The notes: generated by a model from the letters alone, not told the origin. A DNA stretch of 64,000 bases from an uncultured Akkermansia sp. (GCA_944390825.1 CALXRG010000007.1:35245-99244); one strand, 5' to 3'. Positions 1 through 9,842 are shown, counted from the stretch's first letter. Program-made: numbers and translations.

Positions 1-813
1 GATAGACCCCAGATCCCGCATGAGCTGCACCGTGCACTTGGTGATATAGGCACCCTCACCGAAAGCATCCGTATACACCAAGCCGTGATACGACTCATCC
101 GGCGTGCAAAGCCCCGGGAACTTATCCGCATGCGCGGCCCAGTCGAATTTGCCGCTGTCCACAATCACACCGCCCACCTGGGTTGCATGACCATCCATGT
201 ACTTGGTGGTGGAGTGCATCACGATATCGGCTCCGTGCTCAAAAGGACGGCAATTGATAGGCGTCGCAAACGTATTATCCACAATCAGCGGCACGCCATT
301 CGCATGAGCGATGCGGGCCATCTTCGCGATATCGAGCACCTGAAGCGACGGATTAGAAATCGTCTCGGAGAAAAGGCACTTCGTATTCGGGCGGAACGCC
401 TTCTGAATCTCCTCCTCCGGAGCATCCTGATCAACAAACGTCACCTCAATCCCCAGCTTCTTAAACGTCACCGCAAACAAATTGAACGTACCGCCGTAAA
501 TAGCGGAAGTAGACACAAAATGATCACCCGCCTCGCAGATATTAAAAATCGAATAAAACGAAGCCGCCTGACCGGACGAAGTCAAAATCGCCGCCACACC
601 GCCCTCGAGCTCAGCGATCTTCTTCGCCACACACTCATTGGTCGGGTTCTGAAGGCGCGTATAGAAAAACCCGGCATCCTTCAAATCGAAAAGGCGCGCC
701 ATCTGGTCGCTTGTTTCATAGCGGAAGGTGGTAGACTGGTAAATAGGCAGCACGCGGGGCTCACCCTTCTTCGGGTTCCAGCCGCTCTGGACGCAGATGG
801 TGTCAGTTTTCAT
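1..813 (-). CDS. metY: O-acetylhomoserine aminocarboxypropyltransferase/cysteine synthase (PLP-dependent); 3' end runs off the window start
   Basis: Manual minus-strand translation from ATG at 813: MKTDTICVQSGWNPKKGEPRVLPIYQSTTFRYE...YTRLQNPT...SSGQAA...LIVDNTFATP...HSTTKYMDGHATQVGGVIVD, the Cys/Met metabolism PLP family with the S-x-T-K-Y motif. It is not in the ORF track because it is open at the edge. Confidence 0.92.
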   Translation of the reverse strand, partial: MKTDTICVQSGWNPKKGEPRVLPIYQSTTFRYETSDQMARLFDLKDAGFFYTRLQNPTNECVAKKIAELEGGVAAILTSSGQAASFYSIFNICEAGDHFVSTSAIYGGTFNLFAVTFKKLGIEVTFVDQDAPEEEIQKAFRPNTKCLFSETISNPSLQVLDIAKMARIAHANGVPLIVDNTFATPINCRPFEHGADIVMHSTTKYMDGHATQVGGVIVDSGKFDWAAHADKFPGLCTPDESYHGLVYTDAFGEGAYITKCTVQLMRDLGSI

Positions 814-1699
814 ATGCCGCACTCTAGCACACCACCCCCCGCAAAGCAAGCGTTTTACGTGGCTGCGGCCCAGGAAACCAAACAAACGCCCTTCACACCG
901 CAGCGCCCAAAGCCATCATCCCCCGGCAACCCCACACCACCAGCCCACAAATACCAGCCAGCATACAAATACCAGCCAGCGCAAAAAACCGCCAACCACT
1001 CACAAACGCTGCCCCCCGCATCTCCATCAAAACAGACAAACCACCCCTCGGCACACCAAACAAACCCGGACAAGTCAACTACCCCTTGGCGCCCAACTCT
1101 CTCAACAACAAAAATACACGCGGCGCACCATCAATCTGGTGGAATCCCTGGAGAGGCCCCGGCTCCAGCCCCTCAAAGATCCCATACCGGAAGGGGGGCG
1201 ATGCATCGGCTCCCCCATGGCATACTGGATGCGCATGACCTCTGACGGCGTTGGCATCCACACCGGCGACGTCATCCCCGGCCAGCGTCTGTCCCACGGC
1301 TGCATCCACATGCACGTGAGCGCCGCCCGCACCCTTTTCAACATCCTCCGCGTTGGCAGCTACGTCACCATTCACGAAGACGTCGAGCCTGGTTTTCCTG
1401 CGCTCAGCCTGCTGGAAGAGAGAGCCCGCCAAATCGCAACCCTGAAAGCCACCATGCAGACAACGGCACGCACCATTCCGGGCGACTTTCTGTGCCCCCC
1501 AGGCACCCCGGGCATTTCTTCCTCCGGGGAATGCCCCCCGCCCCAGGCTTCCCAAGACTCCAAAACCGAACTACCCACGTATTCTGCAGACGGCTGCCTC
1601 ATCCCTGCACAGGCCATGATGCGCTGGCACATGCAAACCGCTGCCAACCGTGCCGCCGAAGAGATCCTGCGGGCCCCCACTCAAACTGAGGCACCCTGA
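797..1699 (+). CDS. L,D-transpeptidase (YkuD-type) catalytic domain protein; true start uncertain, N-terminal half appears missing or degenerate
   Basis: DPIPEGGRCIGSPMAYWMRMTSDGVGIHTGDVIPGQRLSHGCIHM contains the H-x(n)-SHGC catalytic motif. The upstream part of the ORF is low-complexity and overlaps the metY promoter; the first in-frame ATG is at 1217. Confidence 0.65.
   Translation: MVSVFICRTLAHHPPQSKRFTWLRPRKPNKRPSHRSAQSHHPPATPHHQPTNTSQHTNTSQRKKPPTTHKRCPPHLHQNRQTTPRHTKQTRTSQLPLGAQLSQQQKYTRRTINLVESLERPRLQPLKDPIPEGGRCIGSPMAYWMRMTSDGVGIHTGDVIPGQRLSHGCIHMHVSAARTLFNILRVGSYVTIHEDVEPGFPALSLLEERARQIATLKATMQTTARTIPGDFLCPPGTPGISSSGECPPPQASQDSKTELPTYSADGCLIPAQAMMRWHMQTAANRAAEEILRAPTQTEAP
821..849 (-). 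promoter_or_regulatory. sigma70-like promoter of metY (leaderless type)
   Basis: Minus strand TTGCTT-17 nt-TAGAGT with extended -10 TGC; 7 nt to the ATG. Confidence 0.7.
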
Positions 1700-1847
1700 A
1701 AAAAGCCTCCCCATGCCCCACCGATGCAGAATCCTGCCGCAGATGTCAAGAAGCACCAAGGCGCAGGTTGCAGAAGCGTGTCGCCTCATTATTCAGCGCA
1801 CCGCAAATAACGGATAAGTTGCCTTGCACCGCAAGGGAATCAAGCCG

Positions 1848-2318
1848 TCACGGGAGGGGAAAAATTGACAACTGGAGAAAACGGCGCAGGGATTCTTCCA
1901 TGTCGGTGGGGCTCATGGACAGGAGCTGCTCCTGGGTGAGACCCAGGCGGTGGCGCCAGCGCATGACACCACCCAGGAGTTGGAGGTAAACGTCCGGCCG
2001 GTCTTCAGGGACAGCAAGAAAGACGATGAGCTGCGCCGTTTCTTCAGGCCAGGCGATGCCCCGGCTGCTTTTGGCCACGAGGATGGAGGCTCCGGGCAAA
2101 CCGGCAACCCGGGCGTGCGGGACTGCCACACCTCTGCCGATATAGGTCGGTTCGAGTTCTTCGCGTTCCTGTGCGGAGCGCAGGATGGCTTCTTCCTGAT
2201 CCGCGCCGATGATGGCGGCCATCTGTCCAGCCAGAGCACGGAGGGCGTCTTCGCGCAGTCGGGGAGAAAAGTCTTCAGTGACAACATGCAGCGAAAGCGG
2301 AAGAGGTGGCTCAGTCAT
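1848..2318 (-). CDS. PTS IIA domain protein (fructose/Ntr-type EIIA)
   Basis: EREELEPTYIGRGVAVPHAR with the phospho-acceptor His, followed by a typical IIA C-terminal part; start taken at MTEPPL (2318). Confidence 0.85.
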   Translation of the reverse strand: MTEPPLPLSLHVVTEDFSPRLREDALRALAGQMAAIIGADQEEAILRSAQEREELEPTYIGRGVAVPHARVAGLPGASILVAKSSRGIAWPEETAQLIVFLAVPEDRPDVYLQLLGGVMRWRHRLGLTQEQLLSMSPTDMEESLRRFLQLSIFPLP

Positions 2319-2538
2319 GGTGTTCCGCACATAGCACAGTTCGGCGTGCGCCTCAAGAAGTTCTTTCTGTTTATGACACAATTTCTGTTTATGCGATGTT
2401 CTGACGGCTGAGTTGAAGGGATGCAGTCGCGTGGCCGGGGAGACGTGCGGTTCATCTGGAGTTCGGTCAGGGTGTTGGCAAGTTGGCGGATTGCCGGGGA
2501 TGAACCGCGCGATGCCGCGCCCTCACCCAAAATGGTGA

Positions 2539-2567
2539 TTGCACCTGATGGCGAAATGATATAAAAT
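2539..2567 (+). promoter_or_regulatory. sigma70-like promoter of the PBP2 gene
   Basis: TTGCAC-17-TAAAAT; ATG 9 nt downstream (2577), so the GTG at 2568 cannot be the start. Confidence 0.7.
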
Positions 2568-2576
2568 GTGGCTACG

Positions 2577-5024
2577 ATGCTCCGCCCGAAATTTTTATGT
2601 GCTTTGATCGGCTTGGCTGTCAGTATAACCGCGCTGCCTGTTTCTGCTCAGGGCAGCAGCGCAAGCCGTGGCTCAACCGCACCGCGCCCGGGTTTGTCCG
2701 CTGCGGCCGATCGTGTGGCACCCATTCCTGACCTGCCTCCTTTGCCGGGCGAGATTGCTGTGCCCGGAGCCAGGCCCACGCAGTCTGCCGCACCGGGGAC
2801 AGGAGCAACCCGGCAGCAGGGGGCTGCCCAGACAGCGCCTCGGCCCGGCTCTGCCGCAACGGGAGGGCCCCAACCGCTGCCGGGTGAGGATGTGGCGGTA
2901 CCGGCCGATGATGAGATTGTGGAGACGGTGAGGCTCGGCGGCGAGGAGTCTGTTACGGAGATCGGCGGCGTCGAGCAGGCGGATAGTTATGAGGAGACGG
3001 TGGCCGAGGAGGAGGATGGAGCGACGAAGGTGGATACGACCGCCCCAAAGGAGACGAAGGATTCGTTTATCAAGCCGCTGGCAGATGATCAGGTGGCAGA
3101 TGATCCGTCGGTGCACGATCCGTCGCGCGTGACGTATGCTTCGACACGCCGCAATGCGCGTACGATGTCGCTGGCAGTGCCGGGTCCGCGCGGTATTATC
3201 TCGGATCGCAATGGTCTGGTGATGGCCCGCTCGGAGGTGGCTTATCAGCCTTCTATCAATTATGGACAGTTGCAGGATGACAGCGATGAGAATATCGTTC
3301 GCATCGGCCGTGGCGTGATGGAGGCTTATGGGAAGTTGGGGATTGCCCTTTATGAGAAGACGGATGAGCAGCTGCTGGAGCATTACCGGTCGCGCCGCTG
3401 GTTGCCGCTGCCGGTGGGACCGACGCTGCGCGGACACGAGGTGAAGCCCATCAAGGAGAAGCTGTCGACGATTGAATACGGTTACATGATGCCGCTTTAT
3501 ATCCGCAATTACCCCAACAGGGAGACAGCTTGCCACATCCTGGGGTACACGGGGGCTCAGGCGAAGTTGCCGGTGGGGCCGATCAACCACAATGACCCGA
3601 TTTTCCAGCGTGCGGAGGGCCGCGCCGGTCTGGAGCTGAATTTCAATAAGCAGCTGACCGGGCAGCCGGGCATATGGCGTCTGATGTTTGATGAGCAGGG
3701 GAAGAAGATTCTCGATGAGCTTCAGACCAAGCCCAAGCCCGGTGGTACGGTGGTGACGACGCTGAATCTCGAGTGGCAGAAGGCCGCGGAGAAAGCGCTC
3801 AAGGAGAATACGAATGGCCGTGGAGCTTTTGTGATGGTGGATGTGCACACCGGCGAGATTCTGGTGCTCGCGTCGACGCCGAATTTCGACCCGAACACAT
3901 TTATCCCGTCGATCAGCCAGAAGGATTACGACGCACTGCGCAATGACCCGAATAACCCGCTGGTCTCACGTGCCTTTGCCGGTGTGTACCCGCCGGCATC
4001 GACCTTCAAGACGGTGACGGTGGCCGCGGCTTTGCGCCATGGGATTGTCACCGAGAATACATACATCAACTGTCCCTACAGTGTCCGCATCGGCGGCCAT
4101 GAGTTCCGCAACCACAGCGGTTTCTCCGGTTCGATCAATTGCGTAACGGCTCTGATGATTTCCAACAACCCGTTCATGTACCTGACGGCGGCGATTCTCA
4201 ATCCGCATATCGGGGCGCACCGCCTGTGCGAGATGGCCCGCCGGCTCGGGTATGGTTCAACGACGGGTATCCCGCTGCCGGATAAGGCGGGTATCGTGCC
4301 GGATGAGGCTTGGATGCACCGCAATTACGGCCGCAGTTTCATGTCGGGCGATGAGGCGAATATGGCGATCGGCCAGGGGCCGCTGCTGGCGACTCCGCTG
4401 CAGGTGGCGCACGCGATCAGCGGCATCGCGAATGGCAGTTACCTGCCGAAGCTCCAGCTGATTCGCCAGATTTTGGATACGGATGGCAATGTGGTGTTCC
4501 AGTTTACACCGGCAGAGCAGACGAATCTCAAGGATATGCAGAGTGCGTTTGCGACGGTGCGCCGCGCCATGGCAGGGGTAGTCTCCGGCGGTACGGGTCG
4601 CCGGGCTCAGCTCAGCTACGTGAGTAATGCGGGGAAGACGGGTACGGCTCAGTGGGGACGGCCGTCGGATGATTGCCGTTTGGCGTGGTTTGCCGGTTTC
4701 CTGCCGGCGGAAGAGCCGCGCTATGCCTATGCAGCACTGTATGAGGGGCGTCCGCACCAGCGCATCGGTGGCGGCGCGTCAGCCGGCGCGATTGTCAAGG
4801 CCTTCTTCGAGAGCATCAAAACGAGTATGAAGGCCGAGCTGGAGAAGCCGCTCAATGCTTCGCCCGTGGAGTCCACCCGCCCGATGACGGAGGAAGAGGC
4901 CGAGGCACAGAAAGCTGAGCAGGAAGAGCAGCAGAAGCAGCAGGAAGAAGCCGCCCGCCAGCAAAAGCAACGCGAGGAACGCAACAGTACTTCCGGCTGG
5001 TCTACCGGCCGCGAACGTCACTGA
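2577..5024 (+). CDS. mrdA: Penicillin-binding protein 2 (class B PBP, D,D-transpeptidase) with long Pro/acidic N-terminal linker
   Basis: Hydrophobic N-terminus, PBP dimerisation region (PGPRGIISDRNG) and transpeptidase motifs STFK, SNN and KTG. Confidence 0.88.
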   Translation: MLRPKFLCALIGLAVSITALPVSAQGSSASRGSTAPRPGLSAAADRVAPIPDLPPLPGEIAVPGARPTQSAAPGTGATRQQGAAQTAPRPGSAATGGPQPLPGEDVAVPADDEIVETVRLGGEESVTEIGGVEQADSYEETVAEEEDGATKVDTTAPKETKDSFIKPLADDQVADDPSVHDPSRVTYASTRRNARTMSLAVPGPRGIISDRNGLVMARSEVAYQPSINYGQLQDDSDENIVRIGRGVMEAYGKLGIALYEKTDEQLLEHYRSRRWLPLPVGPTLRGHEVKPIKEKLSTIEYGYMMPLYIRNYPNRETACHILGYTGAQAKLPVGPINHNDPIFQRAEGRAGLELNFNKQLTGQPGIWRLMFDEQGKKILDELQTKPKPGGTVVTTLNLEWQKAAEKALKENTNGRGAFVMVDVHTGEILVLASTPNFDPNTFIPSISQKDYDALRNDPNNPLVSRAFAGVYPPASTFKTVTVAAALRHGIVTENTYINCPYSVRIGGHEFRNHSGFSGSINCVTALMISNNPFMYLTAAILNPHIGAHRLCEMARRLGYGSTTGIPLPDKAGIVPDEAWMHRNYGRSFMSGDEANMAIGQGPLLATPLQVAHAISGIANGSYLPKLQLIRQILDTDGNVVFQFTPAEQTNLKDMQSAFATVRRAMAGVVSGGTGRRAQLSYVSNAGKTGTAQWGRPSDDCRLAWFAGFLPAEEPRYAYAALYEGRPHQRIGGGASAGAIVKAFFESIKTSMKAELEKPLNASPVESTRPMTEEEAEAQKAEQEEQQKQQEEAARQQKQREERNSTSGWSTGRERH

Positions 5025-5338
5025 TGCTGCTGCCCCGGAGAGGCTCCGCTGCCCTTGCGCGCGGTAACCGGGCGGGGCTCACCGGCATGAAGCCCGGACT
5101 GCTGCCGTGGCATACTGCCTGCTGCAGCAGGGGATGGGTCAGCCGCGCGGCCCCAGGCGGGAGAGCTGGGCTCTTCCGTCCTGGGCTCTTCCGTCTGCTG
5201 ATTCAGCAGGCGGTTGAGGTGGAAGTGCAGTGCGAGCTTGAGCACAGAGGTGCGATCGATGTTGCGCTGGATGGCAAAACGCTCCATGCGCTCAAAGAGA
5301 TCGGGACGGCAGTGAAAGGAAACCATGAATCCGTGCAT
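5018..5338 (-). CDS. Small ribbon-helix-helix (CopG/Arc-like) putative DNA-binding protein with disordered tail
   Basis: MVSFHCRPDLFERMERFAIQRNIDRTSVLKLALHFHL fits a beta-alpha-alpha pattern; own promoter TTGAGG-16-CATGCT 6 nt before the ATG. Confidence 0.55.
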   Translation of the reverse strand: MHGFMVSFHCRPDLFERMERFAIQRNIDRTSVLKLALHFHLNRLLNQQTEEPRTEEPSSPAWGRAADPSPAAAGSMPRQQSGLHAGEPRPVTARKGSGASPGQQHQ

Positions 5339-5344
5339 GGTTCC

Positions 5345-5372
5345 AGCATGGCACAAGAGGTGGAATCCTCAA
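5345..5372 (-). promoter_or_regulatory. sigma70-like promoter of the RHH-like ORF (leaderless type)
   Basis: Minus strand TTGAGG-16-CATGCT with TGC extended -10; 6 nt to ATG 5338. Confidence 0.5.
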
Positions 5373-5486
5373 GAAGATTTAGGGGTATGACCCCTAATCA
5401 GCGTGCCCGGCTCACCGTACGGACACACCATCCGCGGCCAGCCGCTGCCCCGCTCCGGCCGCTGATGCCGTGGGCATGAATTGAGC

Positions 5487-5515
5487 TTGCACTCTCCCGC
5501 ACGCTATGGCATACT
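5487..5515 (+). promoter_or_regulatory. sigma70-like promoter of the M16 peptidase (leaderless type)
   Basis: TTGCAC-17-CATACT with TGG extended -10; 6 nt to ATG 5522. Confidence 0.7.
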
Positions 5516-5521
5516 TCGCGC

Positions 5522-8104
5522 ATGCTCCATCAGGTACACGTCTGCCCGAACGGCCTCACGCTTATCACCTGCCCCAGCCACGCACACCCGGTGGTTTCCG
5601 TGCAGTTCTGGGTGCAAAGCGGGTCGATTCACGAGGGGGCACACCTGGGAGCGGGGCTTTCTCACCTGCTGGAGCACATGGTCTTCAAGGGGACGGAGCA
5701 ATACAGCGGCCAGGAGCTCAATGAGCGGGTGCCGGCACTCGGTGGTCTGTGGAATGCCTACACAAGTACAGATCGCACCGTTTACCACATCGACGGCCCG
5801 GCTGAGCACTGGCGGGAATTCCTCCACCTGCTGACGCAGCTGGTGTTCCACCCGACGTTCCCGCGAAACGAGTTTGAGCTGGAGCGCGAAGTCATCCGCC
5901 GCGAGATGGCCATGTACCGCGATGACCCGCAGGAGGCCGCGTACCGGGCTCTGATCGAAACGCTGTATCACGTGCACCCGCGCCGCTTGCCGGTCATCGG
6001 TGAGCAGGAGCTGTTCGATGCTTTGAGCTACGAGGATATGCTGGCGTACCACCGCATCCACTACGTGCCGGGCAATGTGTTCGTCTGCATGGCGGGCGAC
6101 ATCGATGCAGAGGCTGCGCAGTCCGCTCTGCAGGAGGAAACCGCCCACCTGGCGGCAGGCATACCCCCCGGGGCGGCGATCCCGGTCGAGCCTTACCAGT
6201 GGGGTCCCCGCCTGACGCGCCGCGAGTTCATGCAACCCACCAGCTCGCTGATGCTGGCCTGGCGCATCCCCTGCTCGAATCACCCGGATGCCGCTCCGCT
6301 CACTCTGCTGGCGGATATCCTGGGCAACGGGCGCTCTGCATGGCTTTACAAGCGTTTCCATGATGAAACCGGCCTGGCACATGACGTGTCCGTATCGACC
6401 ATGCCGTCACGCGACGGTGAGGGCGCCTTCCTGATTGAGGCGGATGTCGAGACGGATGAGCGCGACCGCCTGCGCGATGAGCTGCTCCGGTATGTGCAGC
6501 AGCTGCCGCAGCTCGACTTCACCGCGGCACGGGAGCGCTCGTGCCGGCGGCAGCAGGTGCAGCGCCTCCGCTCCCTGTCCACCGTTCAGGGACTGTCGGC
6601 CTCCGCGGCAATGTCCTGGCACCTGACCCGCAATCTCAACTGCATGGACGAGTGGGCGGACGCGCTCCAGCGGGTGACTCCGCAACAGCTCGCCGGGGTG
6701 GCAGCCCGCTACCTGACCCCTGCCAGACTCACCGAGGTCAGCGTCGATCCCCCCGGCACCGGAGCGGCACAGCAGGCAAAAGAAGCAGCGGCAGCTCACG
6801 GCGCTCCGTCATCACTCACGACCCTGCCCAATGGCCTGCGGCTCGTCCTGCGCCGCGACAGCCGTATTCCCATGGCCTGGTGTACGATGGCATTCGGCGC
6901 GGGATGCGGCACCGAAACCGCCGCCAATGCCGGCATCAATTCCCTGCTCTCGGAATGCATCCTCAAGGGCACTGCCACCCGCAGCGCCGGCGATATCGCC
7001 GATACGGCCGAAAACCTGGGCGGCAGCATCAGCAGCAGCGCAGGCAACAACACCCTTTGTTTCTCCACAACCTGCCTGGCCGGAGATTTGCCCGGCATGC
7101 TGGAGCTGCTGGCGGACGTCGTCCTGCATCCCACCTTCCCCGGCGAAGCAATCGATACTGAGAAGGAAGCGATGATCGCCGATATCGAGGACGCGGAGGC
7201 CGAGCCCGCCACATTAGCCTTGCGCCGGCTGCGCAGGGCCTGTTACGGGGAGGCATCCTACGGGCACCATCCTGACGGCACGGCAGAAAGCGTGGCGTCA
7301 CTGACCCGTGAGCAGCTGCTGGCTCAGCATGCGGCGCTTTTCTGCGCCAGCAATGCTGTGCTGACCATCGCCGGTGATATAGACACTGCCTCGCTCCCGG
7401 CACTGGTGGAGCAACTCTTCGGCGGCATGCCTGCCGGTGTACCGGCAGTACGCACGGCCACCCCCCCACAGCAACCCGGTGCCCATACGGTGTGCTGCGA
7501 CAGGGAACAGGCCGTCTTTGCACTGGCTGTCCCCGCCTGCAGTGCCACGGACACCCGGTTGCCCGGGCAGTTGCTGTTCGAGGAGTGGTGCCGTGACATG
7601 GCCGGACCCATCTTCTCGGAGATTCGCGAGAAACGCGGCCTGGCCTATTATGCCTCTGCCACATCCCTGCTGGGTGTCGATGCCGGCTGCCTTGTTTTCT
7701 ACCTCGGTACCTCACAGGAAAAACTCGGCGCCGCCCGCGAAGCCCTGCTGCAAACGCTCGAGCGCCTCGTCACTGAAGGCATCCCCGCCGACGCCCTGGA
7801 ACGCTCCCGCGCGACAGCCCTGGCGGGCCGCCTCCTCTCGATGCAATCAGCCGGCAAAATAGCCGGCGGCATCGCTGTTGATACGCTGCTGGGACTTGGC
7901 CCGGATTACACGGAGCAAGTACCCGGGCTGCTGCGTGCTGTCACCTGTGAAGAAGTCAACGCCTTCATCCGACAGTGCCTCAGCGGCGTCCGCACAGAGG
8001 TATCCGTCATGGCCCCCCCGGCTGCATCATCCCTCGCTGCATCATCCCCGGCTGAATCATCCTCCGCCGTATCGTCCCCTGCCCCGCCGCCCCCTGCCGT
8101 ATGA
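5522..8104 (+). CDS. M16 family (pitrilysin/insulinase-like) zinc peptidase, two-module
   Basis: Inverted zinc motif HLLEH, WNAYTS and downstream E; the second module lacks HxxEH. Confidence 0.9.
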   Translation: MLHQVHVCPNGLTLITCPSHAHPVVSVQFWVQSGSIHEGAHLGAGLSHLLEHMVFKGTEQYSGQELNERVPALGGLWNAYTSTDRTVYHIDGPAEHWREFLHLLTQLVFHPTFPRNEFELEREVIRREMAMYRDDPQEAAYRALIETLYHVHPRRLPVIGEQELFDALSYEDMLAYHRIHYVPGNVFVCMAGDIDAEAAQSALQEETAHLAAGIPPGAAIPVEPYQWGPRLTRREFMQPTSSLMLAWRIPCSNHPDAAPLTLLADILGNGRSAWLYKRFHDETGLAHDVSVSTMPSRDGEGAFLIEADVETDERDRLRDELLRYVQQLPQLDFTAARERSCRRQQVQRLRSLSTVQGLSASAAMSWHLTRNLNCMDEWADALQRVTPQQLAGVAARYLTPARLTEVSVDPPGTGAAQQAKEAAAAHGAPSSLTTLPNGLRLVLRRDSRIPMAWCTMAFGAGCGTETAANAGINSLLSECILKGTATRSAGDIADTAENLGGSISSSAGNNTLCFSTTCLAGDLPGMLELLADVVLHPTFPGEAIDTEKEAMIADIEDAEAEPATLALRRLRRACYGEASYGHHPDGTAESVASLTREQLLAQHAALFCASNAVLTIAGDIDTASLPALVEQLFGGMPAGVPAVRTATPPQQPGAHTVCCDREQAVFALAVPACSATDTRLPGQLLFEEWCRDMAGPIFSEIREKRGLAYYASATSLLGVDAGCLVFYLGTSQEKLGAAREALLQTLERLVTEGIPADALERSRATALAGRLLSMQSAGKIAGGIAVDTLLGLGPDYTEQVPGLLRAVTCEEVNAFIRQCLSGVRTEVSVMAPPAASSLAASSPAESSSAVSSPAPPPPAV
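8021..8080 (+). repeat. 4 x 15-bp degenerate tandem repeat forming the Ser/Ala tail of the M16 peptidase
   Basis: gctgcatcatccctc / gctgcatcatccccg / gctgaatcatcctcc / gccgtatcgtcccct. Confidence 0.8.
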
Positions 8105-8631
8105 TGAAGATGCGTCCCGCCCTGTTCCTCGACCGCGATGGCACCATCAATGTCGAGGTCAATTACCTCTACAAACCCGAAGAGTTTGAATTCATCCCCG
8201 GCATTCTCGAGCTGGCGCGTGCCGCGAAACAAGCCGGATACTGCCTGATTGTCTGCACAAACCAAAGCGGCATCGCCCGCGGCTACTTCAGCGAGGAAGA
8301 TTACCAGCGCCTGACACGCCACATGGAGCACCTTTTTGCGGCAGAAGGTTGCCGGCTGGATGCGGTCTATCACTGCCCTGATCTGAGCGGTCCCCTGCGC
8401 AAACCCGAACCGGGCATGTTCCTGCGGGCGGCGGAGGAACTGCACATTGACCTGGCGGAGAGCCTCAGCCTCGGGGATAAGGAACGTGACATCAGAGCGG
8501 CGCGCGCGGCAGGTGTCGCCCGCAACTACCTCTTCACCGACGCTCCCCTGCCGGCTGATTCCTGTGCGACGGCCGCTGTGGCCGACCCGCGGGAGCTCAT
8601 TCCCCTGCTGCTCCGGAAGCAAAACGCCTGA
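8101..8631 (+). CDS. gmhB: D-glycero-D-manno-heptose 1,7-bisphosphate phosphatase (HAD IIIA)
   Basis: FLDRDGTIN, TNQSGIARG, RKPEPGM and GDKERD motifs. Confidence 0.88.
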   Translation: MMKMRPALFLDRDGTINVEVNYLYKPEEFEFIPGILELARAAKQAGYCLIVCTNQSGIARGYFSEEDYQRLTRHMEHLFAAEGCRLDAVYHCPDLSGPLRKPEPGMFLRAAEELHIDLAESLSLGDKERDIRAARAAGVARNYLFTDAPLPADSCATAAVADPRELIPLLLRKQNA

Positions 8632-8681
8632 CCCGCCACACAGCCCAATATGACCCTGCCGAGCGCCCAGCCGGACCGGGC

Positions 8682-9842
8682 TCACGGTTCCTCCGGCAGC
8701 CAGCGGGGCGTCAGGGGTTTGACCTTGGGATCAAAGAGAGACAGCACCGCGTCCGCAGCCTTGGCGGCAGCACCACCGAACCCGAGCCGCGCAACGGACT
8801 CGTGCATTTCACGCAGCACGATGGCACGGGGCTCCGGACTCATCAGCCGCTCCAGCTCAGCAAGGCAGTTACCGGCGTTGAACTCATGCTGGATGAACTC
8901 CCGGGTCACCGGCTTGTCCACCAGGATGTTGACCATACCGATGTACTTGATCGTCAGGATCAGGCGGCCGATCAGGTACGTTCCCCACGCGACCTTGTAC
9001 ACCAGCGCGAACGGCAACTCATGCAGAGCGGCCTCCAGAGTTGCCGTACCCGATGTGACGAGCGCAGCCTCGGAGCGGTCCATCAGGTCGTGGTAGCTGC
9101 CAAGGCGCACATTCATGAGCCGGGGATCCATGCCGGCGTCCTTCATGAGGCGCTGCATCATGGCTTCCATTTTCGGTGAACTGGCGGAGGTTTCGAAGCG
9201 CCAATCCGGGTGGAGCTGCTGTGCCTGGCGTACCACCTCCATGAACACAGGGAAGTGTCGTTCGATCTCGCGGCTGCGTGATCCGGGGAACAGGCCGATG
9301 AGGTTCTTCTCGCGCACATCCGTGCGCCGCGTCGCCATGATGTCATCCACCAGCGGGTGCCCCACGAACTCCGTACGCAGTCCGGCGTCCTCAAAGATCG
9401 GTTTCTCGAAGGGGAAGGTACACATCATCAGATCGAGGACGCGGGCCAGCTTCGGCACACGGCTCTTATGCCAGGCCCAGACCATGGGCGCGATAAAATA
9501 AGCAATCTTGGTGCGCGGCGACGCATGGCGCACCCGCTCTGCCAGCCGCTGATTAAAGCCGGGGTAATCGATCAGAATCAGCGCCTCCGGCCGGTCAGCC
9601 GCGATGCGGGCCTCCATCTCATCCAATCGGTGCAGGAAAAAGCGTGCATGACGCAGCACCTCCACAATACCGATCACCGCAGCCTGCTCGGCCCAGTCCT
9701 CGACACCGGGAGCAAGGGCATGCATGCGCGGACCTCCCAGCCCGACAATCTCGAGCTCCGGGCGCCGTGCCATCAGCTCCCGGATCAGCAGCGCTCCCTG
9801 CTTATCCCCACTCGCCTCACCGGCAATCACATAAAACTTCAT
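8682..9842 (-). CDS. lpxB: Lipid-A-disaccharide synthase
   Basis: AGEASGD, IDYPGFN, FPFE, VGHPL, PGSR and SGTATLE motifs. Confidence 0.95.
   Translation of the reverse strand: MKFYVIAGEASGDKQGALLIRELMARRPELEIVGLGGPRMHALAPGVEDWAEQAAVIGIVEVLRHARFFLHRLDEMEARIAADRPEALILIDYPGFNQRLAERVRHASPRTKIAYFIAPMVWAWHKSRVPKLARVLDLMMCTFPFEKPIFEDAGLRTEFVGHPLVDDIMATRRTDVREKNLIGLFPGSRSREIERHFPVFMEVVRQAQQLHPDWRFETSASSPKMEAMMQRLMKDAGMDPRLMNVRLGSYHDLMDRSEAALVTSGTATLEAALHELPFALVYKVAWGTYLIGRLILTIKYIGMVNILVDKPVTREFIQHEFNAGNCLAELERLMSPEPRAIVLREMHESVARLGFGGAAAKAADAVLSLFDPKVKPLTPRWLPEEP

Noticed and set aside
814-860. SAM riboswitch or T-box upstream of metY
   Set aside because: The promoter abuts the start codon, leaving no leader.
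85-1245. 386-aa plus-strand ORF
   Set aside because: It is the antisense shadow of metY plus low-complexity spacer and has no family motifs.
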